Assembly (NCBI GenBank): GCA_033345195.1
Contig: JAWPOE010000008.1
Coordinates: 181,048 to 245,047 of the forward strand
DNA from: Alphaproteobacteria bacterium
GTDB taxonomy: Bacteria > Pseudomonadota > Alphaproteobacteria > Rs-D84
Reading direction: 5' to 3'
Length of the DNA stretch: 64,000 nucleotides
Position 1 is the first letter of the stretch; each line of letters opens with the position of its first letter. Below, in pieces: positions 1 through 6,862 of this stretch. Made by a program: the position numbers and the translations under genes. The notes below the pieces were generated by a model. It worked only from the letters and a program-made list of their open reading frames with translations, did no database searches and was not told the DNA's origin.

Positions 1-2
1 CT

Positions 3-518
3 GATTTTGTTGATGATTCAATTGATGATCATTTTTTTGAAGATGACAGTGGTACAATGTCTTTTAATTTAACAGGCGGTATGCGATTTGGGGAATATGA
101 AAAAGTTTATAATGGTGGTGTCAGTGCGACATTTTCATATATGCCAAACCTGGGTGATTTAAGCGAGGGGTATAATAATCCATACTACATGGATGCGACA
201 ATAGATTTTTCAACATTTTATGTGACATATGATAACTATATCCGTGTTTCTGGTGACGCAAAATACAGAACAGACTTTATTGCATCAATTGGTTTGGGTA
301 TGGGTTGGTTGGACGAAGATTTAACCAGCGGTGTGTACCATGAATCGTATGAAGATGATGGAATGTTGATTGTGTTGAAACTTGGCTTTGGTGGTGAAAC
401 AGTGGTTCAAGGTTTAAGTTGGAATGCAACATTAAATGCAATTGCAATAAATGCAGAAGATGATGCGGACTTGCAGGGCGCAGGTGGCTTTGAATTTGGT
501 TTGAAATATACTTTCTAA
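3..518 (+). CDS. outer-membrane beta-barrel protein (5'-partial)
   Basis: Frame is open from the window edge. Alternating amphipathic strands and C-terminal FEFGLKYTF, a terminal-Phe beta-signal. Confidence 0.7.
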   Translation, partial: DFVDDSIDDHFFEDDSGTMSFNLTGGMRFGEYEKVYNGGVSATFSYMPNLGDLSEGYNNPYYMDATIDFSTFYVTYDNYIRVSGDAKYRTDFIASIGLGMGWLDEDLTSGVYHESYEDDGMLIVLKLGFGGETVVQGLSWNATLNAIAINAEDDADLQGAGGFEFGLKYTF

Positions 519-525
519 TGGAAAT

Positions 526-553
526 AAACACCGCCCGTTTGGGCGGTGTTTTT
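526..553. terminator. bidirectional intrinsic terminator
   Basis: AAACACCGCCC-GTTT-GGGCGGTGTTT hairpin between convergent genes. Confidence 0.8.
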
Positions 554-567
554 GTTGTTTTGTTATT

Positions 568-1125
568 CTAAAAACTATACGTCAGGCCCATGCCGTAAAA
601 TGCGTATGAATTATTTTCAGGTGCGGTGTTGCCATTGGACATATGTTGCATAAACAGTTCAATACCAACGCAATCGGTTATCTTGTACCCGGTACCCAGT
701 TTAAATCCAAACAGCAATTTTGAACCGATACGTTCATTTTGTTGGCCCTGCATGCCGACGCCCAGACCGGTATAGAAATACCAATCCTGCCAATCCGCCA
801 ATATTATATCTTCGGACAACATTACGATTGGAATTGTATAGCTGTCCCAATGCCAACCGTATTTTTTGCCATAACCGACATTCATAATTAAATTCAATGA
901 CTGACGTGCCTGTAATTTAAAGAATGTTGTTGGCTGGGAATATTGAAACTGAAACATTGTGTATGGCACAAATTGACTGGGCGGTGGGATTAAAAAACCA
1001 CTGTTGATGCCAGCGCCAACATTGAATGCAATTTGGTTTTCATAGCCGCTGAAAAACGGATTTGTTTCTGCGCGTGCAGTCGCCACCACAGATGATAATA
1101 ATAAAGCGTATGTGATTTTTCTCAT
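568..1125 (-). CDS. PagL-like lipid A 3-O-deacylase / acyloxyacyl hydrolase family barrel
   Basis: Signal peptide MRKITYALLLSSVVATARA, H-x-S-N motif (QHMSNG), terminal YSF. Start moved to ATG at 1125. Confidence 0.7.
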   Translation of the reverse strand: MRKITYALLLSSVVATARAETNPFFSGYENQIAFNVGAGINSGFLIPPPSQFVPYTMFQFQYSQPTTFFKLQARQSLNLIMNVGYGKKYGWHWDSYTIPIVMLSEDIILADWQDWYFYTGLGVGMQGQQNERIGSKLLFGFKLGTGYKITDCVGIELFMQHMSNGNTAPENNSYAFYGMGLTYSF

Positions 1126-1263
1126 AACGCGTATGATATCATATTTTGAGTAGGGGTTCAATGTTATATTCTTAAAAAAATTAATAATTGTAAACAAGAA
1201 TGAAGTCACAGGCGTTGTTTTGTCTTGCAATTGAAAAAAAGATTGTTATAATGCATGGCGTTT

Positions 1264-1338
1264 GGCAGCGTAGCTCAGTGGTAGAGCAGAGGAATCATAA
1301 TCCTTTGGTCGGGGGTCCGAATCCCTCCGCTGCTACCA
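1264..1338 (+). tRNA. tRNA-Met(CAT), elongator type
   Basis: Cloverleaf GGCAGCG...CGCTGCT-A-CCA; anticodon arm GAGGA-ATCATAA-TCCTT. T-loop is TCCGAAT. Confidence 0.9.
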
Positions 1339-1525
1339 GAATAAACAAACGACCCGATGGGTCGTTTTTTTATTCTGTGCGTCGGGGTGGTGATGGACAC
1401 ACAGATGGGGGGCCGACCCGCAGGCAAAAGGCAGACGGGCGTATGCCGGTCCCCCGAAGTTTTAACGAAGGGGGATTTGCCAAGGGGAATGAAGCGCAGC
1501 GGAATCAATCCCTCCGCTGCTACCA
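1339..1525 (+). repeat. tRNA-linked structured element ending in a 19-bp duplicate of the tRNA-Met 3' end
   Basis: AATCCCTCCGCTGCTACCA occurs at 1320-1338 and 1507-1525. Internal hairpins include TCCCCCGAAG-TTTTAA-CGAAGGGGGA. Confidence 0.8.
1347..1371 (+). terminator. intrinsic terminator after tRNA-Met
   Basis: AAACGACCC-GAT-GGGTCGTTTTTTT. Confidence 0.8.
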
Positions 1526-1610
1526 AAATTCAAACCGGGTTTATCCCGGTTTTAATTTTTAGTGTAGTTTTATACATAAAAAACACTGCCACAGGGGCAG
1601 TGTTAAATGA

Positions 1611-2669
1611 TTATCTGCGTTTTTGTTTTTGTGTTAGGTATTTTTTACGACCGTATATTGCGGCTGCTGTACCTAATGCGCCACCCAATGCGCCAAGTGC
1701 CAGATAGCCAAATGGATTGTGGGTGTTTTCGTTGTCTTGGTCTGTGGTTGTTGATTCTGTAATTTGTGGGTATTTTATACCATTTGAAACTTCTTGCCAG
1801 ATATATTCTGGGACAATATTTTTGACTGGTTTACAATATACTTGTACTTTTTTGCCACTGCCCAGGTTTAAAGTTACGGTTCTTGGCTGTTTCGCCTTTT
1901 CAATGTTTTCAGATATTTTTGAAAAATTCCATTCATAATAATTGTTTTTGTCACGCTTTGGCTTTTTGCCAGAGTAAACGAAAATGTCTTTATAGCCTAG
2001 GTTATAGCAACCTTCGGCGCGTAAATTTAATAAATCAGAAAAACTGATTTTGTCTGCCATTAATGCGGCAAAGAAATACATTCTGTTGGGTACACCGTTT
2101 TGTTTGCGCCAGCCTGTTAATGTTTTTGCCAGTTCTGCGCCAGTAACCCCGGCGTTTAATTGTTTTACAAATGATGATTTTTTGAAATTCTTGCCACCAA
2201 TGCAATATCTTAGCGCGCATGCAGCAATCAGGGTGTTTTTATCCATTGGAACATTGATATATTTTTTTATGTCTGGTAAAATTTCGTGTGTCAAATAGCG
2301 ACCTTTGAATTTATCAGATTCTTCAAGTGTTGGAATCTTGGTTTTTTTTGTTACTTTGTTACATGTTCCGTTGGCATTATACAGAACGGTAAGGCCGTGT
2401 CCTGTTGTCCAGGCTTCGCCACACCAATATACATGTGGATAATAGTTTTCAACCAATGCCAATGCGAATTTTATTTCGCTGCGTGATTGTTCGAACAGTG
2501 CAACGTTGCCGTGTGGGTCGTTTTGCGGTTTTGTCGAAACAACCTCTGTCTTTTCTTGGTTGTTGTCGTCGTTGTCTTGTTCTTTTGTTGTGCAACCTGA
2601 TAATCCGCTGGTTAATCCGCCAACCAGGATAGAACCAAGTAAAAATTTCTTTATATTGGTATTGTTCAT
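1611..2669 (-). CDS. lipoprotein with GH24 (phage-lysozyme-like) muramidase domain and C-terminal membrane anchor
   Basis: AGGAGG RBS before ATG 2669; lipobox LSGC; E-x8-C-x4-TTGHG motif (VENYYPHVYWCGEAWTTGHG); C-terminal hydrophobic helix followed by a basic tail. Confidence 0.6.
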   Translation of the reverse strand: MNNTNIKKFLLGSILVGGLTSGLSGCTTKEQDNDDNNQEKTEVVSTKPQNDPHGNVALFEQSRSEIKFALALVENYYPHVYWCGEAWTTGHGLTVLYNANGTCNKVTKKTKIPTLEESDKFKGRYLTHEILPDIKKYINVPMDKNTLIAACALRYCIGGKNFKKSSFVKQLNAGVTGAELAKTLTGWRKQNGVPNRMYFFAALMADKISFSDLLNLRAEGCYNLGYKDIFVYSGKKPKRDKNNYYEWNFSKISENIEKAKQPRTVTLNLGSGKKVQVYCKPVKNIVPEYIWQEVSNGIKYPQITESTTTDQDNENTHNPFGYLALGALGGALGTAAAIYGRKKYLTQKQKRR

Positions 2670-2824
2670 ATCTACCTCCTTAAATAACATATCTACACAT
2701 GATATTATAGTACAAAAAACAAAAGCGTCAATAGCTGTTGGTGTTTTTTTGTGGAACATTGGACTGTTGACTTTTTTTTTAATATTCAGAATAATGTTAA
2801 AAGTTATTAATGAAAGGGAAAGGT

Positions 2825-3322
2825 ATGCGAAAGTTTTTTCTGGCGTTGATTGCCATGCTGCCGGGGGGTGCGCTTGCAAATCCCGCGTGTCCGGTCTGTA
2901 CAATTGCGGTTGGTGTGGGATTGGATATTGCACGCCGTTTGGGGGTGCCAGATAGTGTCGTTGGTCTGTGGGCAGGGGCATTGTTGGCACTGTTGGGTTA
3001 TTGGTTTTTGAAATTTATGGACAAGAAAAATTGGCATTTCCGCGGTCGTGATACGATTGTGATTGTGTCATCTGTTGCCATGATTGGGTTTATTTATCTG
3101 GGAACGGTTAAGTATAATCCTGTCCCAATTTGTGGTGCATTTACAATGGACCCTGTTTTGTTCGGTACAATTTGTGGCGCATTGATATTTGTTTTAACTG
3201 GCATGTTATATCAATGGATGAAAAAGAAAAATGGTGGACATGCACATTTCCCATTTGAAAAGGTTGTTTTGCCGATTGTTGCATTGGCGTTGGCCAGTTG
3301 GGCAATGATGATTTGTTTTTAA
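2825..3322 (+). CDS. membrane protein with N-terminal CPVC motif
   Basis: Signal peptide, then ACPVCTIAVG, then about four hydrophobic segments ending HFPFEKVVLP. Confidence 0.75.
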   Translation: MRKFFLALIAMLPGGALANPACPVCTIAVGVGLDIARRLGVPDSVVGLWAGALLALLGYWFLKFMDKKNWHFRGRDTIVIVSSVAMIGFIYLGTVKYNPVPICGAFTMDPVLFGTICGALIFVLTGMLYQWMKKKNGGHAHFPFEKVVLPIVALALASWAMMICF

Positions 3323-3337
3323 TTAGGAGAAAAAGTG

Positions 3338-3883
3338 ATGAAAAAAATCGAAAATGTTCAGGAATTTGTTGAAAAATTAGATGCCGCAAAAAAAGTGAAT
3401 CCAAAGGATTTGTCATCTGACCAGGATTTAACAATTGGTATTATGAATCTGATTTCAATTGAAGAACACTTGATGTTTTCGGGTGCCAAGACTGGTAAGA
3501 CAGAATTTTATGACCTGATTAACGAAGTGCGCGAAATGCGTAAAAATGCAATGTTGAAAGTTATTCCATCATACGAAGGTGAAGTATGGTGTATTTCAAA
3601 GCATTTGCTTGCCGCATCCATGCGCGTATTCGAAGTGGGTACCAAGGCATTGGCTGCTGGTGATAAGCAGACTGCATATGACCTGTTTGATCAGTCTTAT
3701 GCCCTGTATTCAATGTTCTGGGGTTTGAATATGGGATTGTTGACGGGTGAAAACAAAGAATCAAAATCATCAAAAAAATCAGTTCCCACAAAAACCAAAG
3801 ATACCCCAGTTGCCAAAGATTCTGGTAAAGTGTCTAAGTTAAAGAGTTGGGTAAAAAATGCAGTAAATTGTTGTATAGAATAA
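3338..3883 (+). CDS. helical cytoplasmic hypothetical protein with EEH, WCxSKH and C-terminal CCIE motifs
   Basis: AGGAG RBS, 15 bp downstream of the previous gene, typical codon usage. Confidence 0.75.
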   Translation: MKKIENVQEFVEKLDAAKKVNPKDLSSDQDLTIGIMNLISIEEHLMFSGAKTGKTEFYDLINEVREMRKNAMLKVIPSYEGEVWCISKHLLAASMRVFEVGTKALAAGDKQTAYDLFDQSYALYSMFWGLNMGLLTGENKESKSSKKSVPTKTKDTPVAKDSGKVSKLKSWVKNAVNCCIE

Positions 3884-3908
3884 AAAATCCCCCAACAAGG
3901 GGATTTTA
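3884..3908 (+). terminator. intrinsic terminator
   Basis: AAAATCCCC...GGGGATTTT. Confidence 0.75.
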
Positions 3909-3972
3909 TTTATTGTATACTTTATTCTTGATTTTTGTTTATGTTCACGTATAATTGCGAAGAAGTTTCATA

Positions 3973-4046
3973 GCCCTAATAGTCTAGTGGTAAAACACGT
4001 CCTTGGTAAGGACGAGTCGCAAGTCCGATTCTTGCTTAGGGCACCA
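3973..4046 (+). tRNA. tRNA-Thr(GGT)
   Basis: GCCCTAA/TTAGGGC acceptor stem; CGTCC-TTGGTAA-GGACG anticodon arm; ACCA end. T-loop is TCCGATT. Confidence 0.9.
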
Positions 4047-4160
4047 TCCGCTTTCGCTTACGCTGCAGCGAGATTGGTTTCGCAGAAAGCAAGTGAAGGT
4101 GCGGGGTTAGGGAAACGGATGTCTCGCTGTAATGAACGAAGAGAATGAAAGCGGGCAGAA
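4047..4160 (+). other. nested-hairpin leader between tRNA-Thr and the GIY-YIG gene
   Basis: 4047-4055 pairs with 4147-4155, and 4064-4074 pairs with 4121-4131, with G-T wobbles on the + strand. Confidence 0.6.
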
Positions 4161-4400
4161 ATGTTTTATGTCTATATTTTACAAAGTATAAATTTTCAAG
4201 AACGTTTTTATGTCGGTTATACGGCTGATTTGAAAAAACGGTTGCGGGAACATAATGATGGGCGTTCTGTGCATACTAATAAATTTAGGCCGTGGTGTTT
4301 GTGTGGATATGTCGCGTTTGATAGTGAAGAAAAAGCGCAAAAGTTTGAAAAATATCTTAAAACAGGCAATGGGCGAATTTTTCAGAAAAAGTTTTTTTAG
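4161..4400 (+). CDS. small stand-alone GIY-YIG endonuclease
   Basis: FYVYIL...FYVGYT..LKKRLREHN...EKAQKFEKYLK; 79 aa. Confidence 0.9.
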   Translation: MFYVYILQSINFQERFYVGYTADLKKRLREHNDGRSVHTNKFRPWCLCGYVAFDSEEKAQKFEKYLKTGNGRIFQKKFF

Positions 4401-4460
4401 GCTTGGATTTTTGTTGATTTTGTGATTTTTATAAATTAATATCTATTACATTACAGGTGT

Positions 4461-4600
4461 GGGTGCGTTGAAGTGACTAACAACCACTGAGTGGTCATAG
4501 CTGTATATAAAAAGTTATAAATCAGGGTGGCACCGCGCAGCCATTTGACTTGCGCCCCTGAAATTTAACATTAATGTGGGTGCCGAAAATCCAAATCTTT
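4461..4600 (+). promoter_or_regulatory. T-box riboswitch-like leader (Asn/Asp) upstream of aspS
   Basis: T-box AAATCAGGGTGGCACCGCG. Antiterminator CAGGG/CCCTG plus 7-nt bulge TGGCACC plus GCGCA/TGCGC. Short Stem I with GA motifs at 4465-4492; Stem III-like hairpin ATAGCT/AGTTAT. Confidence 0.75.
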
Positions 4601-4631
4601 TTCGTTGCCCGATATAAAAAAGGGACCAAAA

Positions 4632-6401
4632 ATGTTATCTTTGAAATCAAAGTATAGAACACATACATGTGGCGAATTAAATACATCAAATGTTGGTGCG
4701 GTTGTGACATTGTCAGGCTGGGTTCATCGTAAACGTGACCATGGCGCGTTATTGTTTGTCGATTTGCGCGATAATTATGGTATTACCCAGGTTGTGTTTG
4801 ATGGTGGAAACGAGGCGTTGGAAAAAGTGCGCCCGGAATCTGTTATTAAGGTGACTGGGACTGTTGTTGCACGTGATGCGGCGGCGGTTAATGATAAAAT
4901 CCCAACCGGGGGAATCGAAATCCAAGCAGATAAATTTGAAGTTTTAACAAACTGTGATGTTTTGCCATTCCAGGTGTTCGGTGATGATGATTCTGTTGCA
5001 GAAGATTTGCGTTTGAAACATCGTTATATCGACCTGCGTCGTGAATCGTTGCATAACAACATTTTAATGCGCAATCGCATTATTAAGTTTATGCGTGATA
5101 AAATGTGGGATATGGGATTTTCGGAATTCCAAACACCGGTCTTGACCGCGTCCAGTCCAGAAGGTGCGCGTGACTTTATCGTCCCCAGTCGTAATCATCA
5201 TGGCATGTTCTATGCATTGCCCCAGGCACCACAGCAGTTTAAGCAGATTCTGCAAATCGCAGGATTTGATAGATATTTCCAGATTGCGCCATGTTTCCGT
5301 GACGAAGATTTGCGTGCAGACAGATTGCTGGAATTCTATCAGTTGGATATGGAAATGTCGTTTGTTGACCTGCCGGATATTCAGGCGGTTGGTAATGAAC
5401 TGATGCCGGCAATGATACGCGAATTTGTTCCAGATGCAATTATCGCCGAAGAAATTCCACATATTCCATTTGATGAAGCGATGTTGAAATATGGGTCTGA
5501 TAAACCAGATTTGCGTAATCCAATTGTTATCAGCGATGTGACAGATGTTTTCCGTGGGTCTGATTTTGGTATCTTTGCAAATGCAATTGAAAACGGCAGT
5601 GTTGTTCGTGCAATTCCTGCGCCAAATTCATCTGATAAACCACGTTCTTGGTTTGATAAACTGGGTGATTATGCGGTCAAAGAATTGGGATTGGGCGGAT
5701 TGGGCTATATCGTCTTTGCTGATGAAGCCAAGGGTCCAGTTGCCAAAAAATTAGATGCAGAACGTATTGCAAAACTGCGTGAAATCGCAGGTGATAATTC
5801 ATCGTTGTTCTTTGTGTGTGACGTGGCAGATTCTGCGGCCAAGGCAGCAGGTAAACTGCGTACCAAGTTGGGCGAAGATTTGGGATTAATTAATCCAAAA
5901 GAATTTCGTCTGTGCTGGATTGAATCGTTCCCATTCTTTGAAGCGGACGAAGAATCGCCAACAGGTATCGCGTTTACGCATAATCCATTTTCATACCCGA
6001 TGGCGACATTGGAAGAATTGTCAACGAAAAACCCATTGGAAATCAAGGCTGCACAATTTGACATGGTGTTAAATGGTGCCGAAATTTGCAGTGGTGGTTT
6101 GCGCAACTATAACCCAGATGTGATGGTTAAATGCTTTGAAATCACGGGGTATAGTGAAGATATCGTCAAAGAAAAATTTGGTGGTATGTACACTGCGTTC
6201 AAATACGGTGCACCACCGCACGGTGGATGTGCGTTCGGTATCGATCGATTGGTGCAAATCATGTTGGCAGAACCAAATTTGCGCGGGGTGGTTGCATTCC
6301 CAACAAATCAGCGTGGCCAGGATTTAATGCTGGGGGCGCCGACAAATGTGACGGAACAGCAATTACGCGAAGTGCATATTCAGGTTCGCAAAAAGAACTA
6401 A
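4632..6401 (+). CDS. aspS: aspartate--tRNA(Asp/Asn) ligase, likely non-discriminating
   Basis: YRTHTCG, RKRDHG (His typical of ND-AspRS), FYALPQAPQQFKQ, CFRDED, PPHGG.AFGIDR. Confidence 0.97.
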   Translation: MLSLKSKYRTHTCGELNTSNVGAVVTLSGWVHRKRDHGALLFVDLRDNYGITQVVFDGGNEALEKVRPESVIKVTGTVVARDAAAVNDKIPTGGIEIQADKFEVLTNCDVLPFQVFGDDDSVAEDLRLKHRYIDLRRESLHNNILMRNRIIKFMRDKMWDMGFSEFQTPVLTASSPEGARDFIVPSRNHHGMFYALPQAPQQFKQILQIAGFDRYFQIAPCFRDEDLRADRLLEFYQLDMEMSFVDLPDIQAVGNELMPAMIREFVPDAIIAEEIPHIPFDEAMLKYGSDKPDLRNPIVISDVTDVFRGSDFGIFANAIENGSVVRAIPAPNSSDKPRSWFDKLGDYAVKELGLGGLGYIVFADEAKGPVAKKLDAERIAKLREIAGDNSSLFFVCDVADSAAKAAGKLRTKLGEDLGLINPKEFRLCWIESFPFFEADEESPTGIAFTHNPFSYPMATLEELSTKNPLEIKAAQFDMVLNGAEICSGGLRNYNPDVMVKCFEITGYSEDIVKEKFGGMYTAFKYGAPPHGGCAFGIDRLVQIMLAEPNLRGVVAFPTNQRGQDLMLGAPTNVTEQQLREVHIQVRKKN

Positions 6402-6405
6402 AAAT

Positions 6406-6433
6406 AAAATCCCCCAAAAATGGGGGATTTTTT
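6406..6433 (+). terminator. intrinsic terminator
   Basis: AAAATCCCCC-AAAAAT-GGGGGATTTTTT. Confidence 0.8.
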
Positions 6434-6511
6434 ATGCGTATGATTTCATACCTGTTGGCAATTTGATTTTGCTGAATATAATTTCCTGCAAAATAACAAA
6501 GGGGATTGATT

Positions 6512-6862
6512 ATGCAGGAATATATAAACAATTTGTCGCAAAATTTGAATCTGAGCAATTATCAAACAAACAGATTAAAAAAAGATTATGATTTGTATAA
6601 TATTTCACGCATACAAAAACGCGGTGGGGTTTTATATGTGCCTTATTTATCACATGGGTTCTGGGGACGTGTCGGACGCGTTTTGTTTGGCGCGCGTGCG
6701 GATTTAATTGGACATGATAAAATTTTGTTGCGCGCACAACGTAATATTAAATTCTGTGCAAATGGATATCACTGTGTGCGTGTCGGTAAATATACATACT
6801 ATGCCAATTCATATGGCCAGGTTGTATCGCGTGATGAATTTTTGCGCGAAACAGAAATCTAA
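6512..6862 (+). CDS. hypothetical basic protein
   Basis: 116-aa ORF with GGGG RBS-like site, fills the intergenic space. Confidence 0.6.
   Translation: MQEYINNLSQNLNLSNYQTNRLKKDYDLYNISRIQKRGGVLYVPYLSHGFWGRVGRVLFGARADLIGHDKILLRAQRNIKFCANGYHCVRVGKYTYYANSYGQVVSRDEFLRETEI

Noticed and set aside
1200-1707. ORFs 1200-1562, 1275-1526 and 1357-1707
   Set aside because: They overlap tRNA-Met and its structured downstream element and have no protein-like features.
1611-2990. Prophage remnant around the lysozyme-like gene, and the 459-aa ORF length
   Set aside because: No other phage genes are present. The true start is ATG 2669 with an AGGAGG RBS; the longer frame overlaps the divergent gene at 2825.
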